Origin: Hypanus sabinus
Taxonomy: Eukaryota
DNA: 64,000 nt
Direction of reading: 5' to 3'
Assembly: GCF_030144855.1 (NCBI RefSeq)
Contig: NC_082706.1
Coordinates: 33,604,001 to 33,668,000 of the forward strand
The notes under the pieces are model-generated. The model saw only the letters and a list, made by a program, of their open reading frames with translations, had not been told where the DNA came from and ran no database searches. Below, in pieces: positions 37,919-51,890 of the stretch. Position 1 is the first letter of the stretch, and each line of letters opens with the position of its first letter. Both the position numbers and the translations under genes were made by a program.

Positions 37919-38425
37919 AGGAAAGATATCAATAAATTAGAGAGAGTGCAGAGACGATTTACTAGGATGTTACCTGGGTTTCAGCACTTAAGTTACAGAG
38001 AAAGATTGAACAAGTTAGGTCTCTAGTCATTGGAGCGTAGAAGGTTGAGGGGGGATTTGATCGAGGTATTTAAAATTTGGAGAGGGATAGATAGAGTTGA
38101 CGTGAATAGGCTGTTTCCATTGAGAGTAGGGGAGATACAAACGAGAGGACATGATTTGAGAGTTAGGGGGCAAAGTTTAAGGGAAACACGAGGGGGTATT
38201 TCTTTACTCAGAGAGTGATAGCTGTGTGGAATGAGAAGTAGTAGAGGCCAGTTCAGTTGTGTCATTTAAGGTAAAATTGGATAGGTATATGGACAGGAAA
38301 GGAGTGGAGGGTTATGGGCTGAGTGCGGGTAGGTGGGACTAGGTGAGATTAAGAGTTCGGCACGGACTAGGAGGGCCGAGATGGCCTGTTTCCGTGCTGT
38401 GATGGTTATATGGTTATATATGGTT
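37919..38425 (+). mobile_element. Young CR1 3' fragment, TSD AAGTTAT
   Basis: ERRRLRGDLIEVFKIWRGIDRVDVNRLFPL; AAGTTAT at 37912-37918 and 38426-38432. Confidence 0.88.
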
Positions 38426-38595
38426 AAGTTATTGTGAAGGGAACATTGCTTTACTGAGAAGCACGGATTGAAGTGCAACAGCATATTTGGAAATTATGGA
38501 AAATGTGGCAGAGTTTAATCCAATATGAAGGGGCAAGACTCTATAATTTGATTTGCCAGCTGTAATGTATTGAAAATAATTATATTTCCCATATA

Positions 38596-39320
38596 TAGTG
38601 GATTTTGGTTAATTGGACCATTGATTAATCGGGCAGCTGCTTCTTTGGAACAACTAATTGGGAAAATAGCTTGGATTCCTTTCATTTATTTGGGACACTG
38701 TGCCAGTTCATTGGGATAGGAGACCGTTGCCCAACAATTTCTGACTAGTGTCAATTGCGTGTGTTTGTGTTCAAAGAGCAGCGATTTTTGTCACTGATAG
38801 TTGGTGAAGAATAAGTGCTGTATCTCAATAAAAATAAATAATTCAAACTGTTTTGCTCGTTGTGATTTCAAGCACTCAGGCTTGAAGATGCCAGAAATGG
38901 CTGAGAGGGAAAATAAAACTATTTCACTACATAGTTAGGGGCTACAAATAATTTGAAGGTATCATCAATCATCTTGAATGTTAAAATGAAAATGAAGATT
39001 TTTTTGCACACATTTGTTGAAAGCGTATAAAGGCAGTCGATTATCTGCACTAGGTGTCTGCTGCTTTTCATTTATAATTATTCAAAAGAACACCAGCATA
39101 CTGTCTAACAGGAACTAATGCTGTACACACTTTTATAATAGTATTTGTAGTGTTCTGATTTCTGTATTTCATTTAAATACGTAAGTTGTTACTCAGTTAA
39201 ATGGTATTTTGTCTTTTACGTTTTTAACTATTTCTATGAAACTTGGGCTAATTGGTGCGGCTGCTTAATTGGTTCAAAATGTACTGGTCCTAATGTGTCC
39301 TAATTAACTGGAATCCACTA
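38596..39320. mobile_element. Tigger/pogo-like DNA transposon remnant
   Basis: Imperfect TIRs TAGTGGATTTTGGTTAATTGG / TAATTAACTGGAATCCACTA with subterminal TTAATTGG repeats. Confidence 0.55.
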
Positions 39321-42300
39321 CATTTGCAAAATGAGTCATTTCTAACAGATTGATGATTTTTTGGTTTTGAAAGGAGCATTTTAGAATTCTGTATCCAAAA
39401 TTTAATTTTCCCTCATGTCAGTTTTCTCATTGGTAATGGAATAAGATTGACAGTAGATATATTACCTTTTACGTAGCTCCTTATTGGATTAGAGCTGCAT
39501 CCTTGTTGCATAAGAGGTGCCATGACATTTGCAGTTTTGTCATTTTTAGCTGTCATTTTAAAAATAGAAAAGCCTTTCAGCAGTCCTTGCATCTTTTGCG
39601 TGAAACTGAGTGAGTAGGCATGCATAGTAGAAGGGAAGAGGAAGTGCATGGATTCCAATAAGATTGCTTGCAAATGTTTTGATAAGGAGTTGCTTTTGAA
39701 GTGTCTTGTCAGATTTATAAAGAATGTTAGCAGTGATTCTGTGAAATCTTATCACCTTAAACCAGCCAATACCTTGGATAAAAATCACTCTGCCTGCATT
39801 TGTATTTTAGTTTAATTTACATTTTATCTGGCGGTTGAAAATGGGATATTTTTCCTTTTAAAGATGATCAAATATTTAAAGGAAGATATCTTCACATCAT
39901 TTCTACATCTTTCTTGTCATCACCCCCAGCCTTCCCTGCTTTTCCATTTTAGGAAAGTACTTGTTTTTCTGTAATTTGGTGATTCATGAAAGGAAGTTCT
40001 CATTTTCACTGCTATTTTCAAATCCCTTCCATTAGGCGTTGTGTCTAAATGACTGATTTTTGGGGTGATTCCTTTGGGTTAATGTGCTTATGATAATGTA
40101 CTCCAGATTCTCAGTTTTAAGTTATTTTCAATAAATTATAAATGCTCTAGCTTGATATTCTTGGGCGTGACATGTCTAACTGTATGTCTGTAATAATAGC
40201 ACTTTGTTTTTTGTTTATTGCAGTGTAAAAGTGACACAAATTAACACTTTTTGGGAGAAAGGCTGCAATCAAGCAATGTACAAACTGAGTTTCAGTGTAG
40301 ATAAAATTAAGTGTGTTTCAGAATTTTATCTCGAGCAATGTAGAGGTTGGATACCCATGAACTAATCTCATGACACCTGAAAGTTACTCTATGAACAGAA
40401 CTCATTAGGTGATAAGATACACACAGATCCCCCTGCTTACCTGTGTAGGTGTGCACAGAAACCTTCCTTCTGTTATGTTCCATTTAAGGTGAATTGTTTT
40501 CCCTGGGGTTATATAGCCTGAGGCTAATTGGATGCCTTCTCTGTAGCAGAGCTTTTAAGTAATTTTGCCATAGAAGACTTGAGTTCAATCATTTTTCATA
40601 GTGGGTACTTTTGATGTCAGTTATTCACTAGTCTACAGTACATCTTGAACCTGATGACGAGGATTGTTGGTGTTTTCCTTGGCCTATGATTCTTATGGTT
40701 ATGCATGTGGCTAAAGAAAATTGCAATCACACAGCCTTTGCCTTATGCCAATCACTTGCACATCAGTAACAATGGAGCAGAGCAAACGGTCAATTTGTTG
40801 TCCCTTTTTTTTGCAGTTTAACTGCAGTTGTGAAAAATATTGAGTGTTCAGTTCCCTGTGAGGAGAATGGGTTAGCAACAGACAATGGTGTTTCTCAAGT
40901 GAGAGGTAGTATTATTCTAAGGAAAGACTGGTATTTGGTGGAGCAGGAGCTTCTAAGGGAGTATCGGTGGTGGGGTGGTTGAGGATCAGAAATCTAAATA
41001 AAATATTCAAACACTTTGAAGTTCTGAATGATTTTTGTATTGTTCAATTATCATTCAACTGTACTTGAATATAGCCAAACAAAACAGTGTTCCTCTGAGA
41101 CCAAGATGTAACACACATTACCATCAGCACAGTGCACAAATAATACATACGATTACAATTTCAGAAAAACAGTTACAAGGAACAAAAAAGAAGCCCAAGG
41201 TTCTTAGTGGCATGTCTGTAGAATTGATGGTAAATTGTCCTAGTCCAGCTTATTCTTCCACCAAGTGAACACTGGAGGGCAGCACTGATGGGAGGGTCTA
41301 GCCTCCAACTTGAGTACAGATTCCAGCATGCCCTGCAGGTACCCACACCACCTTGTCATCTCCGCTCCTGGTCGGCCTAGGCCTTGCCACAACCAAGGTA
41401 ATGTAGCTGCCCTGCCATCAGTGTAGTGAACTGGACTTTTATTCTATATTACTAATGTCAAACAGGGTTTTGCGATCACAATAAAAATGTCCGAGACAGT
41501 CTTGTGCACTGTCCAACAGTACGCAACAAGTCCATGCGGCGACATAACAAACGTTATGCAATTAGTCTAGCTCTATCGCTATTGAGGAACTCACTGATGG
41601 GGTGGACCTGCAGTACTTAATGTTCTTAGTTTCTAGTAGTGAGTTGTGATCATAAAAAAAATATACATAATGAAAGGGCATGCCTTGATTGGACCGAAGT
41701 GGCTGCTGCATCTAAACGTGCCAAAATCCTACAGGTAGCATGAAATTAACAAAAAATGAGTTTGCATTAATTCCATATGAAGTTAGAAACAAGTTTTCAC
41801 TCCCATTTTCTGCCATATGGATGACTTTACCACAAAAAGCTATTGAAGTCAAGTAAATCATGTCATTAAATAGGAAGCACTAGAATTATAACAACGTAAA
41901 AGGATTTGTGCAGAGCTAGCAAATGGGACCAAATGACACCAGACCTTGTGTGTAGGAAAATGTCCCCAATGTTTTTTTAGGAAACATTTCTTAGGAAATA
42001 TTTCTTACCCAAAATTTCTTATGAATAATCATTTGTTGTGTTACTGCCTTCAAATGAGTTAAGTGTTTTAACTTTTCCCGTATTTTGCTTCCCTTGTTTC
42101 AATGGTAATTCACTAAGCTGTCAAACCAGATGACTAGTCTAATCATTTTTTGAAAGAATTGGAATGTAATGGAAGACTCAAGAGTTTGTACAAAATCTTG
42201 AATGTTCGTAGAATAAAAACAATTATTTGTTGTTAACTCAGAATAATTTTAGCTGACTTTTTGTGTCATGCTGTGAATTTAGTGTCTGATATCAATTTAT

Positions 42301-42449
42301 GGGTTGTGTTTTGCATGCCTTATTTTAGCAGGAACTTTGTTGTGAGTTGCCGCTTGTTAAATGGTGGGTAAAGATTAACAATGTACATTTGTCTTCATTC
42401 CATAGGCTCAACTGGAGAGAGGGAAAGTTGAGGATGCTGGGGCAACACG

Positions 42450-43130
42450 ATGGATTTCTCCTTCACATTCATGAAAGGTATCATGGGAAACACGATTCAA
42501 CTGCCACAACAACTTATTGATTCAGCCAATATGAGGCAGGTTCCTGACGTCCTGAATGCCAGTGGTGGCATTGGGGAAGAGAGAGGGCAATCGTATGAGG
42601 CTTCCCTACAACAAGGCTTTACTTATCCTGCTTCTGGAGCTGATACTATTCCACCAGTTACCAATGGCTACTCAAGCGTTAATATGTATGAATCACCGAG
42701 TAAATACCCAGCATATTCCCAACTCCCCAATGGGTCTGCCAATGGTTATGGCACATATAGGAATTTTGGTTCCAGTGACTATTACTTAGGAGAAAACTAC
42801 TTGGTGAAGCAACATGAAATTCAGGAGAAAGTGCCCTCTCCACCTGTTCCTGAACCTGTCACCCCAAAGAAGACAGGCTCTCCGGAGATCAAGCTGCGAA
42901 TAACTAAGACTTACCACAATGGGAAGACGCTATTTGAGTCCTCACTCTGTGGGGATCTTCTAAATGAACAGCAGGCTCTAGCGGCTGAATCCGCATTGTC
43001 TCGCAAGCAGAAAAGGGAAAAGAAGAAGAGAAGTAAACATGAATCTGTCAGTGCTGAGAGACAGGAACATAAAGTCATTAAGATAGAGCATGAGGAATGC
43101 AAGACAGACTGTGGAAACTCTGTAAATAAG
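42450..43130 (+). CDS. NSD3: NSD3 (WHSC1L1) H3K36 methyltransferase, first coding exon (exon 42406-43130, 227 codons, ends in phase 0)
   Basis: [65 protein letters not shown] matches the NSD3 N-terminus; acceptor ttccatag at 42405; donor AAG|GTACAA at 43130/43131. Confidence 0.95.
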
Positions 43131-46100
43131 GTACAACTTCACTTTCATCAAATATCCAAAGAAATTGTAATGTAATTGTTTTCCATTATAATTCTTCTTA
43201 CTATTTGATTCTGTAAACATAACAGGCTGTTTTCCTTTGTCTGCTTAGACTACTTGTTAGAATTCTTTGGCATAATTTAAACAAACGTGATGCCTCAGGA
43301 CTACTTTCACCAGGTTCCATTCTCAACACTAGTGAGATAATGTACCTTAAAATGGCCTCTCTTCTGGCCAAGCTCTGTTATCTATACATCCCTTTATGAA
43401 TCTCTGACCTCTCTTCTCCTGACTTGTTATTATTCCTTTGTCATCCTGATGTATGTTAACCTCCATGCTGATCTATGAAGATCTTTATTTATATTCGGCA
43501 GTGGTGCCCTTCCCTTCATATGCTCTCTACCTTAGACTGTACTATGTAAAGTATTCCGGTATTACAATTCTCTAAACACTTGTCTATCTCTAGTTCTCTT
43601 GTGCACTTGCCTGTTGCCATTATTTTGCAATCAGTTATCAGCTGCCCAGGCTCTTAGGTTTGGCTATTCCTCACCAAAACTCCATTTCTGCTACTCTCTT
43701 GTCCTCAATATGACACTTCAAACTTTGGATATCTATTCTAATATCTTTGTATTGTTGTCAAATTCTGTCTGGTGATCTCTTTGGGTCATTTTAAGTATTT
43801 TAAATATATGTTGCTGTTTCCATGTAATATAATTTGTCCCTATAAATACTCTATGTCCATTTTTGGTGCCAAATAGGGAACACTTCATTGCCTACAACCA
43901 AGAAAATTGTAGCGTTTTGATTGGTGTGACTAAGAGTAGTGAACTGAGACAATGCACCTCAGTAACGTCCAAAGCAAGATTGGATTATTAATGTGCTTTT
44001 ATTGTATCCCATGTTTTGAGCGTGTAATCATAGATTTTATTATTTGCAAACTAGTTCATTTTATTGGATAGCTTCCATGTATTTTCCATTGCATTTACAA
44101 GAAATTGGTTAAAGTGATGTTTTGCTTTTAGGATTCTGTTTTCTGTTCACTTTTTTTTGAGCACAATGATGGCATCTTTAAAAACATGTTCTTTGAAAGA
44201 AGATGTGTGCTGTAAGGCCACACTTATCAAAGTGTGGATGAACTATTTTTTTAACTCCTTCTGTAGTTCAAATGTAAATGTTCGCAGGGCCTGCTCTTAT
44301 AATGAAGTAAATTCCCCCAAAAGTCCTTGATCTAGAGGCTCTATGCCTCCACAGATGCTGCTAGTTCTATTGAGTTCTACCAGCAGTTTGTTTTCTGTAG
44401 CTCCAGACAACAGGATCTGCATGTTCTTTTCTCCTTCAAGAGGAAGTCTTACTTCACTTTATTGCTGAGCCAGTTTCACAGCAGATTTCTGTGCCTTTAG
44501 TGGTGGTGAAAAGTGTGCATCTATTGTTAACTTGCTCTTTATTTGAAGTACTGATGCAAAAGAATGAACATTATAGCAGTGAAAGACATTAAAACAAAGT
44601 AAGTACTGTCTTATTGTTGGAACTTAGTATGATATCAAGGTTATTTATTCCCTGGGTTTTTTCAAACTATGATGAAATTTTGGAATATCCTTTTACATTT
44701 TTGGCAGAAATAATTATACTCTTTGCACATTTGAGTTTTCTTCTGTTGTAAAACAATCTTGTGTGCATGAAAATGTGAGAGCTGCACATATTGCTTCTCT
44801 ACTTTAGTTAATGATTTGAGAGGACTTACTGCACCTCATTCCAGTTCATTGCAATAACGTAAGATGATTTGCTTACACCCAAAGTTTCTTCTGCACGTGT
44901 TGGAATCCTGGAGCTGTGGTTCTGGCTGTGGAGATGTTGTAAGCAAGTTGTAAGTCTGGCAGGGACGGACTCAAAAAACATATTGTAATAGATTGAGGAT
45001 GTTATGCTGAAGCTTTGGCTATTAAAATTCTAGTGCAGACCCTTTTTTGTGTAGTTTGAGAATTTTGGAAGTCGATGCTGATGTACTATAAATGAAACTG
45101 AAGCCTTTTGCTGATACCTCTACTGCAGTTTGTGGGAGAATGCGATAACTCCATTTCATTAATCTCTTCACCATAGTTTCATCCTTGGGTGGTAGGGAAA
45201 TTTTGGCGTTCACCATTTTTGTTTTCTAGAAGGTTGCATTGGGTAGGAAATTATTAGGGAAGGAACCATCTTGTATTTGTTCATACTGTTTAAGTAGTAG
45301 CTTCCTCGGTGAGCTGGCATAATTTTTGAAGCTGTCATTGAATTATTTTCATTATTCACCTTGTATTGTTTATTTTTAGAACTCTAAAGATTGAGTGCGA
45401 ATTGAGGAAAATAATAATAAGTACTTTATTGATCCTGAGTGGGAAATTATTTTATTACAACAGCAGCATTTAAAAATAAACTTAGCAATAATAATAAATA
45501 TAATGTTAACTAATAAAGTACAGAATAATATAAGCAATAATTTACAAATCCAATAATGTACAAAATAATAAAGCAGACTATTGTACTATGTGTGTTCTAT
45601 ACTATACATTGTACTATATCTGTGTGTTCTCCTGTCACACAGATGAACAGTTGTATATGTTTATTGGAGGCATACCAAAAAAACATATCCTGACAATCCA
45701 ATTTTGATAAACTTGATGGCAATCAATTTTAAAAAATTTAAATCCTGTGTAGGATTTTAACAATTCTACCCCCCCCCCCCATCTTATTTTAGGTGCAGTT
45801 AAACAGATGCAATGTTGATGTAACTTTCATAGTACGGCCTGATCTGCCATCATTGAACAATAGCATTTATGTTTCTTTTTGAAATACCTAGGCTTTGATC
45901 CAGATTAGGAGCCTAGAATATTTCTTTACTATCTATATTCTGGATCCTGGTGCGAGTTGTGTTTTTTTTACTCAGATGAACATGGAAGAGACTATTATTC
46001 ACCTGTATTCACCTGTTGGACACATTGCAGTACCATAAGCAACATCTAGAATGGATGTCTGAAACTTCAAGTTTGAAGTGACTTGTTACTGAGCTCTCCT

Positions 46101-46449
46101 TATCCTTCTTGCAGAATATTTTTCCCCACTGATTGTTTCTGGAAAAGCAAGTCCATCATTGCATGGTTTTTAATATAATTGACCGTCATGGTTGACTGAA
46201 AATAGAATTAATATTTGAAAAAGTCTGCAGTTTGTAGTTTGGGATGGAAGACTGCTTTTATAACTTTGAGGTGAATCTATTAAAAAGAATGAAAATTCAA
46301 GGTAACTGAAAGTTGTAAGATTTAAAATTGTGTTGTTTAATGAGTAGGTATGGCCATCCTAAAAGGGATTAAATAGGCTTGTATATTTGTGAAAGAAATG
46401 TGATGGAGTTTGGAGAATTGAGGAGAATTACACTGACATTCTGAAACAC

Positions 46450-48710
46450 TGTAGCGATGTGCTACACGCAGCGCTGAAATAACGACACGCAATCGGTAAG
46501 TCGTTTCGAGACTAATTTATTCAAACTTCGCGGCGCTGGCATTTAATCCCTAGCGCCTGCCCTCTCCGGGCGGAAATGACATCAGAGGTGCATTACCAAA
46601 GTCTCCCCCTGCGTGCTGGTTATTTGTGAGCCGGTTCGCCTGCGCAGAAAGTGGGTTGCCACATAACCCCCCCCCCCCCAGAACCGGCGATACACCCCCC
46701 AATGTCCACAGTCTGGATCAGCCTCTGTTTGGGAGGTCTGCCTCTGTGCCGCGGTGCCTGAACATCGATTGGCTGTGCCAAGTCCACATGGGCTGGTTTG
46801 AGTCAGTCCACCGTGAAAGCCTCCTCTTTCCCCCCAATGACCAGAATGTACGTGGGCCCGTTGTTGTTGATCACCTTGAATGGCCCCTCGTACGGCCGCT
46901 GTAGCAGTGCCCAGTGTCCGCCCCTTTGTACAAACACAACTTACAGTCCTGCAGGTCTTTGGGTACATGGGTCGGGGCCTGTCCGTGCTGTGAAGTCGGT
47001 ATGGGGGCCATGTTGCCGAGTCTTTCGTGTAGTCTGTCCAGGACTGCTGCGGGTTCTTCCTCTTGCCCCCTTGGGGCTGGTATGAACTCTCCCAGGACGG
47101 CCAGGGGTGCGCCTTACACCAACTCGGGCACCATGTGCAGGGGGGAGGCCCATGGGCTGTCGGACCTCCATATGATCCCCAATTCCTCCATCCTCTCGAA
47201 CTCCTCCTTTGCCAGGTGGAGCTTTTCTGGGGGGAGCCTTCATGCGCAGGCGTGGAGGGGTGGTCCCTTGGTCAGGATGTGGTACTGAACCCTGTGTCTG
47301 GGCATGGCTGCCATGAATTGCGGTGCCAGAATTGATGGAAAGTCGGCCAGGATTCTGGTGAATTTGTTGTCCGACAGTGTGATGGAGTCCAGGTGTGGGG
47401 CCGGCAACTTGGCTTCACCCAGGGAGAACGTCTGGAAAGTCTTGGCATGGACCAGTCTTTTCCCTTGCAAGTTGACCAGCAGGCTGTGAGCTCGCAAGAA
47501 GTCCACCCCCAGGAGTGGTTGGGCCACGGCGGCCAGTGTGAAGTCCCATGTGAACCAGCTGGCGCCGAACTGCAACTGCACTTGTGCGGGTGTTGTAGGT
47601 CCGTATCGTGCTGCCGTTTGCGGCCCTCAGGGTGGGTCCTGGCTTCCTGTTGCGAGTGTCGTACCCCGTCAGGGGCAAGACGCTGAGTTCCGCTCCGGTG
47701 TCAACGAAGAAGCGGCGTCCGGACTGTTTGTCCCATACGTACAAGAGGCTGTCCTGGTGGCCAGCTGCCATAGTCATTAGTGGCAGCTGGCCCTTGCAGG
47801 GTGGGCGACAACGGCAGACTTTGTGCCCCACCGCTGGTGGTAGAAACACCACTGTTCACTGGCCTCCTCACTCCTGCCTCTGTGTTGTGTGCGGCCCCCT
47901 GCCAGGCCTGGTCTGGTCCACTGTTGGGTGCGTGGCCTGGTAATCTGACCGACGTACACCACGCTCTCCCTCTTGGCTTTCCACAGCACGTCTGCCCGGG
48001 CAGCCACCTTCCGGGGGTAGCTGAAATCTGCATTGGCCAGCAGCAGATGTATGTCCTCGGGCAGTTGCTCTAGGATCGCTTGCTCGAACATGAGGCAGGG
48101 CTTGTGTCCATCAGCCAGGGACAGCATCTTGTTCATCAATGCTGACGGCAGTCTGCCTCCCAAACCGTCCAGGTGAAGCAGGCGGGCACCCCACTCACGC
48201 CGTGAGAGGCCAAAGGTCCCAATGAGCAGCGCTTTGAATGCTTCATATTTGCCATCTTCTGGGGGCAACTATATGAAATCCGCAACCTGGGCGGCCGTCT
48301 CCTGGTCACTCACCATGTGATAGTAACACATGGAATCAGAAGATATCTGCCGAATCTGGAACTGGGCTTCTGCTTGGCTAAACCACAAGTGTGGTCGCAG
48401 CGTCCAGAAAGTCGGCAGTTTTAGCAAAACTGGGTGAACAGATGAAGAGTCGGTCATCTTTGGTCCAAATCCCCTTTGGACCGTTGGGGTCACCAATGTA
48501 GTGATGTGCTACACACAGCGCTGAAATAACGACATGCAGTCGGTAAGTCGTTTCGAGACTAGTTTATTCAAACTTTGCGGCACTGGCATTTAATCTCTCG
48601 CGCCCACCCTCTCCGGGCAGAAATGACATCAGAGGTGCATTACCAAAGTCTCCCCTCACGCTCTGGCTATTTGCGAGCCGGTTCGCATGTGCAGAAAGTA
48701 GGTCGCCACA
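46450..48710 (-). mobile_element. Internally deleted Gypsy (CsRn1-like) LTR retrotransposon in NSD3 intron 2
   Basis: Two 214 bp LTRs (46450-46663, 48497-48710); tRNA-Trp-type PBS TGGTGACCCC; G-run PPT at 46667-46679; gag KLPTFW..WFSQAEAQF and CFYHQRWG; protease FFVDTGAE; integrase tail PYEGPFKV; TSD ACAC/AAAC with 1 mismatch. Confidence 0.93.
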
Positions 48711-48714
48711 AAAC

Positions 48715-50165
48715 ATCCATATCAGGAAGGTGAAAATGCAAGATCTATTGGAGAATATCATGGAGGATAAGGGAAGAGTAGTGGGGCTCTGACAGATATT
48801 TACATCTTTGTTAGCCACAGGTGATGGTTAATATTGTCCTCTTGGTCAAAAAGGGCACTTGGAATAAACGTAGAAGCTACAAGTTGGTTAGCCTTGTACT
48901 GTGGTGGAGAAATAGAAGCTTTTCAGGAACAGGATTTATGTCTACTTGGAAAGGCAGTGACTAATTAAGAGAAGATGGCATCAATATAAATTTCTGCAGG
49001 GAAAACAAGTTGTGTACCATAGGGATCAGTGCTGGGACCTTTGCACTTGATTGAGAATATAAGAGGTATGATCAGTAAGTTTGCAAGTGACACAAAAAGT
49101 GGAGTTGTAAATGGCAAAGAAAATAGAGCAAAGATACAGTGTAACATGGATGTGCTGAAAAGTTGGTCAGAGCAGTGGCAGATAGAATTTGGTCCAGAAT
49201 ATGTGAGGCAATGCACTTTGAGGTCAGATTCTGGTGGGATATGGGGGCAGACCTTAGTGTTGATGGGCAGAGAGACCTTGGGGTGCAAGTCCGTAGCTCC
49301 CTGAAAGTGGTGATGCTGATGGATCAGATATTAGAATGTTTGTATTCATTGGCAGATGAATTAAGCGTAATAATTGGGACAACATGTTGGAGCTGTACAA
49401 AACAGCAGTTATGCTGCACTTGGAATATTTTCCACAGTTCTGGCTAACACGCTACAGTCGCAACAGGGAAGATGCTGAAGAGCTGGTCCAGGTAGTTGCC
49501 TGGGATGGAGGGTGACATCCTGGACAATGAAGAAATTAGATAGACTGGGGTTGTTCTCATAGAGGTATAGCAAGTTGAGGGGTGATCATAGAGAGGTTTG
49601 TAAAATTATGCACTACAGTGGGGTAGCAAGGGAGAGTAGTGGTTAGCATAATGCTATTACAGCACCAATGACCCGGGTTCTTTTCTGCCGCTGTCTGTTA
49701 CAAGGTTGCACATTCTCCCTTTGACCGCATGGGTTTGCTCAAGGTATTCTGGTTTTCTCCCACATTCCAAAGACCTACAGGGTAGTAGTTCAATCACTTA
49801 CCTTGGTGTAATTGGGCAGCACAGTTTTGTTGGGCCTGTAACTGCCTGGCTAAAATATAGATAAGATGGATAATTTTTTTTTTAAAAAGGCATGGGAGTT
49901 CAGAACCAAAGGGCCCAGGTTTAAGGTGAGGGAGGAGAAATTTAAGAGATCTGTTGGATGTTTCCATAGAAAGGTGAACATTTGGAATGAGCTGCCAAAA
50001 GAGTCGCAGAGGAAAATATGTGTCTAAAATGTGTTTGGGAAAGCACTTGGATAGGAAAATCAGAGGGATACCGGCCTCATGCAGGCACAGGGGTTAGCAT
50101 GGATGGCTTGGAGAATTGGGTTGATGGGGCCCATTTCTGTGCTGAATGTTTTTACAATTCTGTCA
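48715..50165 (+). mobile_element. Decayed CR1 with a nested SINE
   Basis: GSVLGPL..MISKFASDTK..WSEQWQIEFGPE; CR1 3' end near 50160. Confidence 0.75.
49620..49850 (+). mobile_element. tRNA-derived V-SINE (HE1-like)
   Basis: A-box TAGTGGTTAG, degenerate B-box CCCGGGTTC, V-domain-like TGGGTTTGCTC..TCTGGTTTTCTCCCACATTCCAAAGAC. Confidence 0.7.
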
Positions 50166-51890
50166 TATCTAAGGTGTATTTAAATGCATGTTTTGTGGTT
50201 AGAGGTGTTTTTTGTATGTGAGTTTGGCTGGACCTGCAAAAGGGTGAAGTGATAGTAGAGTATGTATATTTCAGGAGTGTTGGGGATTGGCTGTGGGTGA
50301 ACAGTTTCTATATGGCTCCTTCTGAATTGTTGCTGAGTATCTCAGCTTAAACAGCCCAAGTAGGTTGAGTAATTACAGATTTCATGTATGAAATATGCTC
50401 CATATATCAGGGGTAAAAAAAATGGTAATTCTGCAACTTTATAAAGTGTGTGGTATCACCTGATTAAATATTTTTCAGGCTTAGAAGACTTGAAAGATTG
50501 TGCTAGCTGATAAGCCTCTTGCAGTGTTGCTCTAGTGGTTTTTGATGTTATTGAATTAATCCTTTGCAGCTACTTGCCAACATTCTGTCATCCTGTATTG
50601 AGCAACCCAAGTACAGAAGATGATGTAATCTCTTCAGTACAAAACAGTACTAAAATACACAAGAAGTAAACCTTTTATTTATAAAGGTGTCAAGGAAACC
50701 TGTGCAGCAATATTCATAATACGAAGTCTTTTTTTTATTAAGACAGTATTTTTATCTCAATTAAATGATAGCCCCCAACCTAAGTAGGAAACATCATACA
50801 TTCTTGAACAGTAGCTAAATCCTTACAGAATTACCGATTACAGCATCAGAAAGATTTGCTGATGGTGGGTGATGTGGATCTAAATTACTTATGTGGTCAC
50901 ACCTAAGCATTCAGTTCCATGAAACATTTGCTTGTTGCTATATTGTGTGGAATTCTCATTCTGGTATATGTCTGCACCCTGCCCCTAGGTGCTTTGCTTC
51001 AAAGGTTTCAAAGGTACATTTAATGTCAGAAATGCACATCTTGAAATGCTTTTTCTTTGCAACCATCCACGAAAACAGAGGAGTGCCCCAAATAATGAAC
51101 AACAGTTAAATGTTAGAACCCCAAAGTCCCCCCAAAGTCCCCCCAGCTCCCCTCCCTCTTGTGTGTAAGCGGCAGCCAGCACAATCCCCTCCCCCCCACC
51201 TTTGTTTTTACAAAACGACAGAGCAGAGTTAGATGCAATACATTTGTAATGGGTGAACTATTAATTAAAAAACATTTTGTCAGAGCTTCCTTGCACATCT
51301 ACTTTACCTCTTTGTAAAGCCCAGTATCCTGTATGTTTTTAGCAGTTTCTGCCCTGCACTTTTAATAGTTTGTGCACACAACCCCACACTTCTCTGTTTC
51401 TACACCCATTTAGGAAGATATTTAATTTATATTGCATCACCTTATTCTTAATGAAGTTCAACACTGCATTGTTCTTTAAGTTGCCATGTATCTACTCATT
51501 TCACCAAGCTGCTGCTGTGAATCTCTTATTCTTCTTCTTACAGTTCTCTATGCTTCTAAGTTTTGTGGTATCAGTAGATTTGGAAATTATGCCTTGCCAC
51601 CCAAGTCTAAGTGATCAATAAATATTAAAGAATGTGGTGATGCTCATACTGATCTCTGGAGAATTACTCTTTATCCTTGTTCATTACTAATGAAAGTTTC
51701 TTTCATTTAGCCTATTTTTTAAATCCCCGTCAGTCAAATCTACTATGTGGCATTTTATCCAAAAATCCTTTAAAAATCAAAAAGTGCATGAACTGCATTT
51801 CCTGCATTGGAACATAAAGCTTATGAATTTACTACAGATTGAATTACAGACAGGCCTTGTATGCCTTAATATTAAGTGAGCATAGATCAG

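Noticed and set aside
43131-43175. Last 14 codons of the 241 aa NSD3 ORF
   Set aside because: Read-through past the AAG|GTACAA donor into intron 2; no NSD3 similarity.
49620-49700. tRNA gene
   Set aside because: No cloverleaf; it continues into a V-SINE body.
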